This document shows positions 36,195 through 48,280 of a stretch of 64,000 bases of DNA, one piece after another; the first letter of the stretch is position 1; every line of letters starts with the position of its first letter. The translations under genes and the position numbers were made by a program. The stretch comes from Felis catus (Eukaryota): NCBI RefSeq assembly GCF_018350175.1, contig NC_058368.1, positions 175,276,001 through 175,340,000 on the forward strand, written 5' to 3'. Under the pieces are notes generated by a model. It saw only the letters and a list, made by a program, of their open reading frames with translations. It had not been told where the DNA came from and did not search any database.

Positions 36195-36720
36195 CCCGCT
36201 TCACAACACACCTTAGAGGTCTTTCCTTGTCGGGACACAGAAGAGTACTTTGTTCTTTTTAACAGCTGCAAAAGAATTCATAATATGGAAACAGCGAAAG
36301 TTGTGAGCACCCTCTACGGTGAACATTGCATTGTTTCTGTTCCCCACTGTTATAAAACGGATGCATGAACTTGTGCCTTCCTGTGTGTGTGTATGTGTGT
36401 GTATGTGTGTGTGTGTCTTTGTGCTTTTCGAGTGTGGAATTTCTGCATCATATTTTTTTTAATTTTTTTTCAACGTTTATTTATTTTTCAGACAGAGAGA
36501 GACAGAGCATGAACGGGGGAGGGGCAGAGAGAGAGGGAGACACAGAATCGGAAACAGGCTCCAGGCTCTGAGCCATCAGCCCAGAGCCCGACGTGGGGCT
36601 CGAACTCACGGACCGCAAGATCGTGACCTGGCTGAAGTCGGACGCTTAACCGACCGCGCCACCCAGGCGCCCCACTGCATCATATTTTGATAACTTCTGG
36701 CCTTCCGCCTTACAGAAAGG
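36195..36720 (-). mobile_element. Old L1ME-like remnant containing (TG)n and a SINE
   Basis: tttgttctttttaacagctgca...cattgcattgtttctgttccccactgttataaaac. Confidence 0.45.
36457..36673 (-). mobile_element. Can-SINE (young SINEC_Fc subfamily)
   Basis: TSD ctgcatcatatttt at 36443 and 36675. Confidence 0.97.
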
Positions 36721-38328
36721 CAGCATTATTAGATCCCCATGTTGTAAATGACTGGACAGAGACTTAGAGGGAAAGAGACGTGGCCCAGATCCCCGACTGC
36801 TGGAGCGGAAGAGGCAGGATGTGAATCCAGGTCCGCAACTCCCAGCCCCAGGGAGCAGGTACACGGCAGCCTAGGCTGGAAGAAGTCTCTACTGCCGGGA
36901 CAAAGTGGGGGCTGCGATGGGTTTGGAGGCACCAGGCATCTTACGGGCCCGGCCAGGTGTGTTCCCGGGCCCAAAGGAACCTGTGCCAGTTGTGTTCCTG
37001 TGTTCAGCCCTGTCTCTGCCCCAGCCCGAGTGTCACCACCTGCTTCCTGAGGGCAGTCCCTGCCCCAGAGGCGGCAACTGCCAGATCAACCCATCGGCCT
37101 GGAGTCAAGGTTACCAAACAAAACTAATGTGCCGCTGGGCCCCCCTGACGGACGGATGGCTGAGCCTGTCTTTCTCTTCCAAGCCCCATGGCGGATCTAT
37201 CTGGGCGGCAGATGTGTTGGGGGCAAAGTGGCTTCCGCGGCACTCAGCAAATTCTCCGACCCCGCCCCAAACACAATCCCCGTTCGTGAGGTCTAACGAA
37301 TGTCCCGCTCGGGTTTACTTGGAGGCCTCAGTTAATAAAGAGCGAGCCATGACAGATCTTGGGGCTTTATTCCATTTCTCCTTCTGAAGTTGGGAAAAGG
37401 GCAATTTCTTTCTCCAAACCGTATTATTTAAGGGCAGTATTTCGAGCGAGAGGGTCAGAGATCAAGAGAAGTTCAGCGCTAATTGGCAAGCAGTCTGAGT
37501 AATTTCATTAATCTCCCTTCCCCTCAGTAGGCCAGGCATGTAGCCCGTTCCTGGAACCGGTGGTTAATTCACTGTAGTCCACACAGACTTCCATCACTCC
37601 TACTCATTTATCAAACCAGTGGCAGGTGTCTACCTGCCTTTCTTTCCTAGAACGCAAGCTGCTGACCGTCCCTGGATGCCGGCACCGCGTCACATTCCCC
37701 GCCCCCCTGCGCCCTACACAAGGTCAAACACGGAGTAGGTGTTCCATGACCGTCTGGAGCACGGAGGCCGGATTCATTCATTCACTTGATAAATATTCCA
37801 CAGCTACGACGTGCCGTGCTCTGTGCTACACTTGAGTTTGCCTGATTGGGTGGCCAGTTCCTAAGCAAACTACCACATCTGATGGCACAAAGCAAGAGCC
37901 CTGGACTAAAAGCCAGAGATACGGGTTCGGCCTTGACCAACTCCCTTTCTTGGGTGTTAGCTTCCTGCGCTATGCGAGGAGGGGTCCTGGAGGGCCGCCT
38001 TGTCCCTCCGACGAGCCAGCTTTGAGGAGGAATTGATCATCTTTATCGGAGTGCGTCGTTCTTTAAAGAAACAGATGTGCCGCTCACTGAGTACCAGATG
38101 TTAGACGAAAGCGATCAGTCCTGGGGAAATTAACCGTTTGTCTACGCTGTTCACCGACGGAAGGCGTGGATCAGTATTGCTGGGTAAGCCTGCGGCCATT
38201 GGTAGGCAAATGGCAGAGGCTGAGGCCACGACGGGGCGGGCCAGGAAGGTCTGTGGCCCCGGACTCAGGTAGACCGGGGCTTGAAGCCTTGAGCGACTGC
38301 TTCCTAGCTGTGGCCTCTCTTGGCAACT

Positions 38329-38460
38329 AGAGAGAATCTTAAGTAGACTCCATGCTCGGCAGGGAGCCCAACTCCGGGCTTGGTCCCACGACCCTGCTGT
38401 CATGACCTGAGCCCAAATCAAGAGTTGGACGCTCAACTGACCGAGCCACCCAGCCGCCCC
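38329..38460 (-). mobile_element. Can-SINE 5' half (older type), tail missing
   Basis: agagagaatcttaagtagactccatgctc...catgacctgagcccaaatcaagagttggacgctcaactgaccgagccacccagccgcccc. Confidence 0.85.
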
Positions 38461-39106
38461 TCTATCATAACACCTCTACGTGGAGACCTTGGGAAAATCA
38501 TTCGTCGTCAGTTTTTTCATGTAAATAATAAGTTATTATTTAGGGCTTTTAAAAAATATTTTATCATTCTATTATTATTTATTAAATTATATAAATTCTT
38601 TATTAAGAGAGTAATTTTATTATCTTACAATAAACTCTCAATCAATGGCAGCTATTAACACGTAATGCCTTGGTACACAGTAAGTGGTAAATAGAGCCCT
38701 TGGTGGGGGAGGGGGGGTTCATTTGAACAATCGACTTTGGTGCTCCCAGTGGCTCAGGAGGAGTCCATGGGAGCAAAACGTGCTGTTCAGCTCTGTAGGC
38801 TCGGGTGTGTGGCAACGTGCAGTGAGCGAGGGTCAGTCCGACTCTTAGCGGGCTGGGGGGGGGGCACCCTGGCTTTAGACTTGGGCAGGACCATCCCACT
38901 CAGCAGTAGAGTCAGAATCAAGACGCTTCCGGGACCCTAAGGGTCAGAGAAGACCATTTGTATTCAGGTGGGGTTCAAGAACCCCAGCTCCTTGCTTGGA
39001 ATCTGCTATTTAAGGCAGGGACCCAAGAGGAGCCACTGTGACCCACAAATAGTATTTCAAGGTTTACAATGTGGCTTATGATGCTTGGGGATGTGTTTTG
39101 GTTCCA

Positions 39107-39107
<1 letters not shown>

Positions 39108-39133
<26 letters not shown>
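39108..39133. repeat. (TG)n microsatellite
   Basis: direct reading. Confidence 0.9.
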
Positions 39134-39137
<4 letters not shown>

Positions 39138-39781
39138 AAAATCAACTAATAGCATGTCAACCTAGCACCCAGATGTTTCCGACCTGCCCTTGCTGCCCTC
39201 GTGGTGATTATTGTCCCAGGTGGGGAAAGGAAGTCTCCTGTCCCCATTATCTTAATGCCAACATGAGACCGGATCCGTTCCAGCTTTGGCTTTCCTTGCT
39301 TTCCCTCGGGAAATCACGTATGACATTTCCCTCTGAGCAGGCAGAAGCTGTTTTCCCACCTTCAGCACTGAAAGGCCATCCGCCAGCGGGAGCCCCTCTG
39401 TGGCTGGGGTCCTGCAGGGCCTGCTGACTCGCAGAGGTTCTACAAGCACGACAGGGAACGAGAAGGGGGGCAGGAGGGGCTGGGACCCCCCCCAGGCGGC
39501 CTCCTTCTCCACCCATGATGCTGCAACGTGTCCCAGCCACGGTGGCATCTCAGCAAGTTCTTGCACAATGGTTTGAAAACTCTGGATTCATTCTGCCTGG
39601 AAACGTGCACACCCCTAGCCTGGTCTTGCCCCCCTACCAGCAGACTGGCTTCCGCCTTCAAAGCAGGAGGGAGCAGGCCCAGCTCTCCGACCCCCTTCCT
39701 CCCCCTTGGACTTGTGGATCTCTCAGAAATATTAATGGCCATCACAAATCTCTGCCACTTAAACAAAGAGAGAACAGCAAT

Positions 39782-39990
39782 GGAGTGCCTGGGGGGGCTC
39801 AGTCGGTTAAACGTCGGAATCTGGGTTTCGGCTCAGGTCATGATCTCGTGGCTCGTGGGTTCGAGCCCCGCGTCGGGCTTGCTTCTGTCAGCGTGGAACC
39901 TGCTTCGGGTCCTCCGCCCCCTCTCTCTGCCCCTCCCCTGCTCACGTGTGCGCTCTCTATCTCAAAATAAGTAAACAACAAACTTTAAAT
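39782..39990 (+). mobile_element. Can-SINE (older)
   Basis: SINE head/body/tail; TSD agaacagca. Confidence 0.92.
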
Positions 39991-40350
39991 AACAGAACAG
40001 CATAGACAGACATACAGGAAGAGGCAACCGCGGTCCAGGGTGGCTTTGGTCAACCAGGAGGAACTAGCCCTCCCCTTCGTCTTGCCATCATCACAGCATT
40101 CTCCGGGGCCTGTGATCTAGGCTTGGAGGCCAGCTGAGAAGGGTCCCTGTCAATGCTCTGACAATGGTCAAGGACATACAGGGCTGTTGCCTAGGCCCCC
40201 GGGGCTCCCACGGTTCATCTGATTCCACATTTTTGGTTTGGGTGAAGTAGGAGCGTACCACCAGGCAAGTCCAAGTGACGAGGGAAACAAAGGCAAGAAA
40301 AATGCGGTTTAAATTAAATTCCCATTCAGCCTGCAGCCCATATGGATAGA

Positions 40351-40938
40351 TGTCAGAGACCCGCAGCCTGTTAAGTCTCCCCAAGAAGTTTATGGCTGCC
40401 TTAATGCCTTAATGCCAAGCAACCTGGGGGCATCTGGGTGGTTCAGTCCGTTAAGTGGTTAAGCGTCCGACTTCGGCTCGGGTCGTGATCTCATGATTCA
40501 TGAGTTCGGGCCCCGCGTCAGGCTCTGTGCTGACAGTTCAGAGCCTGGAAACCGCTTCAGATTCTGTGTGCCCCTCTCTCTCTGCCCCTCTCCGGCTCAC
40601 GCTCTGTCTCTCCCTCTCTCTCTCTCAAATATAAACAAACATTAAAAAAATAATAGTAACAAAAGCAACCTCATCTTGACAATAGCTAAATCTTCAGGGT
40701 CCTGTGAGACTGTGCTTTCAGCATCCAGAAACTCCTTAAAAATGAACTTTATCTCTACTCCCCCCCGCCCCCCAGCCTCAAAGTATATAATCAGTCACTC
40801 CTGGAAACCCCAGTACAGCTCTTTCTGCCCACGGGTCCTGTCCCTGTGCTTTAATAAAATCATCTTTTTGCAGCAAAGATGTCTCAAGAATTCCCTCTTA
40901 GCCGTTGGCTCGCGTGCCCCATTTCACGTGCCGTCACA
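40351..40938 (+). mobile_element. ERV1-class solo LTR (carnivore type), interrupted by a SINE
   Basis: TG...CA ends; TATATAA at 40784; AATAAA at 40853; gctctttctgcccacgggtcctgtccctgtgctttaataaaa R-region pattern; ends uncertain. Confidence 0.6.
40426..40662 (+). mobile_element. Can-SINE (SINEC_Fc)
   Basis: TSD aagcaacct at 40417 and 40663. Confidence 0.95.
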
Positions 40939-41191
40939 AGCGTGTGACACAGTTGTCCCTCCAATCGCTGGCCTGCCGCTGCGGAGGGGAAGCTGGCTGC
41001 GTCTAGAGCTGGGGTGGGCCGCGGCCCCTGCTCCAACACTGGACCGAGAAGGCAAAGCACGGGGTTAACAGAAGGACAGACGTGTTAAAAGAACCATACG
41101 GCTTTGATCTTGACCTTTTAGGGAAGCAACTGAGACAGCGCCCATTTTCCTTGCGATAAAAAGCCCACTTCTGAAACCAAGAGCACGGTGG

Positions 41192-41500
41192 GTACGTTCA
41201 TTTCTTAGGGCGGCTGTAACAAATGACTATAGACCTGGCTGCTTTCAAAGTCAAATTTATTGTCTCAGCGTTCTGGAGGTCAGAAGTCCAAAGTCAGGGT
41301 TCCGGGGCTAACCTCAAGGTGTTGGCAGGGCTGGCTCATCTAGAGGCTCTGGGGGCGAATCCATTCCCCTCTCTTCAGGCTTCTAGAAGCCACTCTCATT
41401 CCTCAGCTTGTGGCCACGTCGCTCCAGTCTGCCTCTGTCACCACACCCCCGTGGGTCCTCCCAGGAGTTACCCTGGGCCCAGCGGGATAACCCAAGGTCC
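41192..41500 (-). mobile_element. MLT1C/D-like LTR fragment
   Basis: tttcttagggcggctgtaacaaatgac...aaatttattgtctcagcgttctggaggtcagaagtccaaa...tagaggctctgggggcgaatcc. Confidence 0.75.
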
Positions 41501-41532
41501 CCTGGGGAAATGGAAGTGAAAACACCCCACGG

Positions 41533-42271
41533 TATAGGATGGGGTTCGGGACATGCTACCACAAAGTATGGCGCCTTTGAATATTGAATGTCTTTTTTTT
41601 TTTTTTATTTTTTTTTCAACATTTATTTATTTTTGGGACAGAGAGAGACAGAGCATGAACGGGGGAGGGGCAGAGAGAGAGGGAGACACAGAATCGGAAA
41701 CAGGCTCCAGGCTCTGAGCCGTCAGCCCAGAGCCTGACGTGGGGCTCGAACTCACGGACCGCGAGATCGTGACCTGGCTGAAGTCGGATGCTTAACCGAC
41801 TGCGCCACCCAGGCGCCCCGAATATTGAATGTCTTAAGTTGAAGGAGTTTGAGAGAATGGCGGAAGCAGGAAGCTCACTCTGACATCCCTGACCCCCTGC
41901 CCTTCTTCCCTGAAACAGTCATGAAACTCCCCCGGGAGAGGCAGATTCCCTGCTCCAGGAGAAAAGAAGACACACGCCCACCTCCGGAAACTGGGGACTT
42001 GGGGCCGAGAAATCTCAACGCTCATCTTCCCTAGCTCCTTCCTCACCATCCACTCCTCTAGCCCAAACCCCTTGGTCTTGTCGATTCTTCAGTTGTGCCT
42101 TGGTCCAAAAGGCTCTGGTCACGTCTCCAAGTGTCTGTCCTCTTACGAAGGCTCCCGTGTCCATGTGCACGTTCAACACGGTTCGTCTGCTCTTCTCCCG
42201 TTGATCTGTGTTTGCCAGCTTACTTTTCAGGGATGCTAAGAGGGTCAAGGAGAACGTCTTCCTCCCCTGCA
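41533..42271 (+). mobile_element. MER34-like ERV1 solo LTR interrupted by a SINE
   Basis: ggggttcgggacatgctaccacaaagtatggcgcc...aagttgaaggagtttgagagaatggcggaagcaggaag...aaggctcccgtgtc...tcttcctcccctgca. Confidence 0.7.
41595..41819 (-). mobile_element. Can-SINE (young SINEC_Fc subfamily)
   Basis: Perfect TSD gaatattgaatgtctt at 41579 and 41820. Confidence 0.97.
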
Positions 42272-43023
42272 CGCTCTGATACGGGCAGCATCAGGTCAGG
42301 TCAACCAGGTAGATCAGGGCCCGTCTGGCAGCTGATACTTTCGGGCTCTGCGAGTGAATCGTGGGCACGAGGGACAACGGCGTGGCGGGGCCCACGGTGT
42401 GGTAGGCTTGGGGGCTTCAGGGAGCTAATCCACTCGCCCCCCACACACCCGGCCCTCCAGGTTGCATGCAGATAAGACGGGGCGACATGTGGAAGCATTT
42501 CATGACCCGCAAGGCCCTGTGCAAACGGCGGAGACCTGTGGAACCTGGGGCTTCCTCCCCCACCCGTGGGCCCACGGTCCCTCTTCTTCGCTCTGGTTTC
42601 CATCGGTGCAACAGAGGCGATAATCTTGAAGTGACCTCAGGAGGTTGGTGAGGGACAGAGGAAGCAAAGTGATAGGGCTGTGGAAAAAAAAAAAATTCGT
42701 TAAATGCCAACACGTCATCTCATGGTCACTCTCCAGGTTAAAAGCCTCCGGTCGCTGCATCGCTCTACAACAGAAGCCAAAATCCCTTCTGCGGGGACCC
42801 CGGGACCCAGCTCAGGCCCTTGCCACTCGGCTGGAGCTGACTCCTCCAACTCCCTTCCTCACCACCCCCCAAGGCCTCCTTCTCACATGCCCCCCTTCTC
42901 TCTGTTCCCTCAATACCCCAACACGCCCGCCTTAGGCTAGAATTTATAAAGATTTCCAGTACACACGACCTCATTGTTTCTTTCCGTGGTGCCCCCACGT
43001 GTGAGCTGACATTTCCTCATTTT

Positions 43024-43256
43024 ATTTTATTTTTTTATTTAAATTTTTTTTTTAACGTTTATTTATTTTTGAGACAGAGAGAGACAGAGCATGAACGGGG
43101 GAGGGGCAGAGAGAGAGGGAGACACAGAATCGGAAACAGGCTCCAGGCTCTGAGCTGTCAGCACAGGGCCCGACGCGGGGCTCGAACTCACGGACCGCGA
43201 GATCGTGACCTGAGCCGCAGTCGGACGCACAACCGACTGAGCCACCCAGGCGCCCC
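43024..43256 (-). mobile_element. Can-SINE (SINEC_Fc)
   Basis: TSD tga(c/t)atttcctcatttt at 43007 and 43257. Confidence 0.97.
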
Positions 43257-43599
43257 TGATATTTCCTCATTTTCACGGAGGCACAGAGAGGCTCAGACTT
43301 GCCTGAAGGCACACAGCTCAGTCATGGTGGCCCCAAGCTCCTAGGGAAAACTATGTAAATACCCTACTCCGGGCCCCTGTCTCTAAGAACACTGATATCG
43401 GTCTTTTGTTCCGCAAAAAGTTTCTTATTAACACACTCCCTTGGTCCTTCCACATTCGGTGGAACCAAATCCTGTGCTTGGTGCCTAGGCTCAGGCACAG
43501 CCTCATTCACGGCTGGACGGGGGAAGCGAACTCTGAGGGGCACCTCGTTGTCACGGTTGCTACTGGTGTTCCGTTCTGTTCTAGCAAACCCACCCTCCT

Positions 43600-43985
43600 T
43601 CCTTTGGTCACTGCCCTCGATTTCCCGTTGAGAAATCTCCCTGGGGTCGGCATGTGTCCTTTGCCTGGCCGGTTCGAGGCATGGTGACTGAGTCCGCTGA
43701 GGCACCTGACCCAAGCCAGGACAGCAAGCACACAGTGCTTGGGAATTTTCTGGAAGGTTTAGGAAAAAGAGTTTTCTTTTCCCAAAGGCACTGCTTATCT
43801 GATGAAATATAAGCTGAAGGTCACTGATGGTTAGGTGAGAATGGGCCCAACACGATGAAGCGATTTCTCATCCGTTTCCCATCAGTACCTGGATCGAGCC
43901 ATGCCTGAAGGTACAACTTTCTTGTTAAGGCCAGTCAGAGCTGGGCTTCTGATGCCGGCAACGGAAAGAATCCTGGCGAATACAA
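43600..43985 (+). mobile_element. MaLR LTR remnant (MLT1J-like)
   Basis: cctggatcgagccatgcctgaag...ttaaggccagtcagagctgggcttctg...gcaacggaaagaatcctggcgaataca. Confidence 0.55.
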
Positions 43986-44039
43986 GATGTGTGAATCATT
44001 ACCATCCCATGCAGGAGGAACACACAGCACCAAGGCTCA

Positions 44040-44330
44040 CCATTTGGTGGCCAGGGAAAGTCTCTTGAAGAGGGGACATTTGAGATGGAACTTGAAGGAA
44101 GGGTAGGCGTTCTTGGGCAGAGCTCTAGGTGATGGGAATAGTATACACAACATTATGGTCATGGGATCAGGCAGGCCCAGTGTTGCTGGACCACAGAACG
44201 AGAGGGTAGTGTGGGGAAGGGCAGAGCGGGGATCTGGAGCCCCCCTCACAAAGGGCTTGGAATGCCACCCCAGAGTTTGAACTTGATTCTGGGGGCAGTA
44301 AGTTCTCATCTAAGAACGTTCAAAAGGGGA
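44040..44330. mobile_element. L2 remnant
   Basis: ggccagggaaagtctcttgaagaggggacatttgagatggaacttgaagga...agggcttggaatgccaccccagagtttgaacttgattct. Confidence 0.6.
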
Positions 44331-45421
44331 GGCTGGGTTTCTGAATGAGCAGACTGTTCAGAAACGCTCCCGGAACAGGGGACCCCGGCCTCCTCCTTCC
44401 CAGAATCCTGTCTTCTCTTCTGTGGGTGGATTAGCCACCCCCGGGCCCACTGCACTTCAACAGCTGAACGGCGTAATTAAGCCATGCTGGGCATAATTCC
44501 AGAAGGGACCCAGCCAAGGCCAACGAAAGCTGTGATTCTCTTAGAGTCTCAGATTTCTTTCAGACTCAGAAATTCTGCTTTTTCTCATGTTCGCCTCAGA
44601 AACAAACCACAGTCAGCCTGTAAGTGCGCTGGGCGTGTCGTGGGGTGTGGGGTTCTCAGGGGCTACAATGACTTCTCCGGTAGCTTCCTTGCAGGATGCC
44701 GCCTGAATGCTTTAAAGAGAGGGTGCCTCCCCCCTCCCCCAGCTGTCCCCTCTTTCCAAAGGAAGACTCTGGACAGAGGACGAAGTAGGCAGTGGGCAGG
44801 AATGGGGAGGAGGGCTCAGGCCAGATTCCCCTCAAGGCAAACGATGTCTTCCTTAGCATCTTAATGGTGCATGATGGGCAGAGAGAATGAGGGTTCAGCC
44901 TCCTGATCTGCCCTTGGGTCAAAGGCCTGGGCTAGCCTTGGCTTCTGCGGGTGGAGGAGACTACCAGTGGGGAGAGTCCCCCTGGATCCTCTGAGGGTGT
45001 CAGGATAACCTCAGCCTCTTTGAGCATGATGTCCGCAAAGAGATGCCTGGGAGTTACTTGGCGGGGTCATGATGGCAAAGCCGGAAGCAGGGTGATAATG
45101 CGATGCTACCCGGATCCCCCACCTACCTGCTGTTGCCCACCCTTGCTCCCACCGTGCAGGTCCACTGCCCCCTTCACCACCTCTCTGTGCTGCTCTCTGC
45201 ACCTGCCAGGGCCCACAGGCTGGCTGGGGGCCCAAGCAGCCACTGAGCTTGCGAAGGAAATTACCCAGGATGCTGGGGCTGGATGTAGCCCCGGGGGCTT
45301 GGAGACGGTGCAGGAGGGTCCGGGGAAGATTCCAATCCAATCTGTCAAACCTGGCTACACTACCGTTTCTCAGCTTACTGTTCTCTCTGCCCCAGACCAT
45401 TCCCTCCCAGAAATCCACACA

Positions 45422-45566
45422 CTTCCTCCTCCTCTCCTCCCCCTCTCCTTCCCCATTCCCCATCCTCCCCATTCCTTCCCCTTCTCATTCTTCTTCCCTC
45501 CCCTCCTCCTCCTCCTCCTCCCCTTCATTCCTCCTGCTCCACTTCCTCTACTCTCCTTCTCTTTCA
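45422..45566. repeat. C/T-rich low-complexity tract
   Basis: direct reading. Confidence 0.85.
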
Positions 45567-45884
45567 GATCATGACGCAAATGTTCCCTGATAAAATGACC
45601 ACCCTACTCAAAAATGAACACCCCCCCCCACCAAAAAAATGGACACCCCCTTCACTCACACACACACACACGCACACACAAGCATGCACACGCTCCCAAG
45701 AACTCTCTATCACTGCCTTTCCTGCTTTAGTTTTCTTCTTGTTCTTGGCACTTATTGGCAATATATAGACACACATATATCATGTATATTTCGTGACAAG
45801 TATCATGTATATTTCTAGCCCCTTTAGGGAGCACTCTGTGTGCAGATTGTCCCCCTAACAACCTCAAGAGGTAGCTACCGTGAC

Positions 45885-46155
45885 TGCATTAGCTGTCCAC
45901 TGCTACATCCCGAATTATTTACAAGTCTGTAGGGCAGAGGTCGGGCCCAGCCTAGCTGGAGATTCTGCTCGGGGTCTCCGTGTAAGCTGGGGTCTGATCA
46001 GAGGCCTGTGGCTGTTAAGGCAATTCATTTCCTTGTGACCGTGGGACCAAGGTCCCCATTTCCTTGCTGGCCATTGGCTGGAGGCTGCTCTCAGCTCCTA
46101 GGGGCCATTCTCACATCCTTGCCACATGACCCTCCACAGACGCTCTCACAACACG
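45885..46155 (-). mobile_element. MLT1E/F-like LTR fragment
   Basis: aattcatttccttgtgaccgtgggaccaaggtccccatttccttgctggccattggctggaggctgctctcagctcctaggggcc. Confidence 0.7.
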
Positions 46156-46339
46156 AACATAAACATTGTCAAATGCACTCATGAATGCTACCCACTCCCC
46201 CCAACTCCCAGGACACAGATTCTGTGGGGGCAAAGATTTGTGTTGGTTTTGCTCGCTGCCATATTCCCTAGCACTTAATACAGCACCTGATACAAGCTTA
46301 ACGCATGTTGATTGAATAAATGGCCGCAGGGATAAAGAA

Positions 46340-46570
46340 TGTAGGCTCTAGTGACAGGCGGGGTTCAAGTTCTAGCCAAAGTGTTTACTAGTTGCCTGGC
46401 GAGGGTCAGCATGCTTAACCTCTCTGGGCTCAGCTTTCCCATCTATAGAACAGGGGCAGTTGTAATAACAGTCCTTTCCCCCCAGAATTGGTGAGAGGAT
46501 TTGAGCACACGACAGGTGCCTTACCCCAAGTGAGCATGGAGTAAGTGTTAACCACTTACTTGTTGTTATG
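46340..46570 (+). mobile_element. MIR remnant
   Basis: gggttcaagttctagcc...cttaacctctctgggctcagctttcccatctatagaacagggg. Confidence 0.7.
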
Positions 46571-47119
46571 ATTTCCTTCTAGAGTGTTGGATAACTGGCC
46601 GTTCTCTTATCGGAGCTCTCAACATGTAGACAAGGAAAGCAGTACTTCAGAAAGGTCCAGAAGTTTGCTGAAGGTGGGCGAGTGCCCCAAAGAACTTGAA
46701 CCCAGGACTGTGTTGCTCAGGGAAAGACACCAAGAAGTAGGGACAGTAGGGAGGTAGGGTGTGAGGGACAATGGGAAACAGTGAGGCTGTCGCAAGAGAC
46801 TGGGGAGGAGAGGCGACCTTGGTCCCACAGGCATGGTTCAGGGGATCATGTGGGACCCAAGCTTGGAAGGTGGGCTCTTCCCTCACATCCTCAGTGGGAG
46901 AAAGTACACTCCAGAATGTTCTTGCACAATTGTCTACACGTGTAACTAACTGCACCAATTCTGCTTCCATGCACTGTGTGAACGTCCTTCTCTGCCTGCC
47001 CAGTGTCCACTCCCTTCTCCTCCAGTCCCAGGGCCCTGATTTTACTTTGGAAACCAGCCCTGCCCCGTCCTCAGTCCATGTGGTTCTTGTGACACTGACC
47101 ACACCTCTCTGCTCTAAGA

Positions 47120-47520
47120 GTGGACCTTGACAGTGATTGGGTCAAAGACAGGTATGTGATCCAGCCAGTGCAGTGAAAGTCAGTCCTGGGGCTTTTGGCT
47201 TGGAGTTTTGAAAAACAGGCTCTCTTAGGGTTGCTAAGCCAACAGGATGTGAGCAGGAGATGTGCAGGGTCCCCATATGGAAAGAATGTAAATGGGAAAC
47301 CAAAAAAAGCTAAGACAGAAGAAAAACAATAGGGAGACAAGAAGAGAAAGGACAAGTAGGAGAAAGGAAACAACTTGGTGATAGCATTTGAGTCCCTGGA
47401 TCCAGCTGTGCCTGAAGCTAGCCCTACCCCTGTGCTTTTCATTGCATAAGTCAATACATTTCTTCTTTGCTACATCCGTCGGCATTGAGCTGCTATCCCT
47501 TACTGCCAAGAACCTTCTGA
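47120..47520 (+). mobile_element. MaLR LTR remnant (MLT1J-like)
   Basis: catttgagtccctggatccagctgtgcctgaagctag...aagtcaatacatttcttctttgct. Confidence 0.65.
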
Positions 47521-48067
47521 TGAATGCACCTTCTCCTCACCCTGACTTAGCTATTGAGCAGCTTGTAGTGTTTCAGAGGTTTAAGAAGACTAGGGAGAAG
47601 AAAACTACCATCTCACCTTTCCCAAACCCTAGGAGCGAGAAATTATCATCCCAACATTACCGACGGAGGGACTGAGGCTCAGGACAGTGATTTCCAGAGC
47701 CAGGCTGCAAAGCAGAGCTTCAAATCTTGCACTTTTCCTCTTTCCAATGCAGGCTTCCATGGATCAGGGAGGAAGAGCCTTTAAAAGATGGACTTTAAAG
47801 GCTGGTCATAAAGAATGAACGTGGTCCTATTAGGCCAAGACTGAGTAGGAAGGGAGATCTAAGCAGAGGGAGCAACATAAGCCAAGCTCAGAAGCAGGGC
47901 CACTGAGAGATGTTTTAGAAAACAGCATGGAGTCCAAATGGAGCTGGAGCTCACCTAGGGACCAGGCGGGAGAAGAGATCTGAGAGACGGGCAGTGACCT
48001 CATTGTAGAGGCCTGGAATGTTACCTTAGAGCATTTGATTGTAAGATTGTAAAGAAAAACACATCCA

Positions 48068-48280
48068 GGGGCGCCTGGGTGGCACAGTTGGTTAAGCGTC
48101 CGACTTCAGCCAGGTCACGATCTCGTGGTCCGTGAGTTCGAGCCCCGCGTCAGGCTCTAGGCTGATGGCTCGGAGCCTGGAGCCTGTTTCCGATTCTGTG
48201 TCTCCCTCTCTCTCTGCCCCTCCCCCGTTCATGCTCTGTCTCTCTCTGTCCCCCAAAAAATAAAATAAAATAAAACGTTG
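48068..48280 (+). mobile_element. Can-SINE (young SINEC_Fc subfamily)
   Basis: Perfect TSD aagaaaaacacatcca at 48052 and 48281. Confidence 0.97.

Noticed and set aside
35790..36368. 192-aa ORF
   Set aside because: Crosses G/C runs and an L1-like remnant; no domain similarity I can recognise.
44951..45574. Longest ORF in the track (207 aa)
   Set aside because: Non-ATG start, runs through a C/T low-complexity tract, no recognisable domain.
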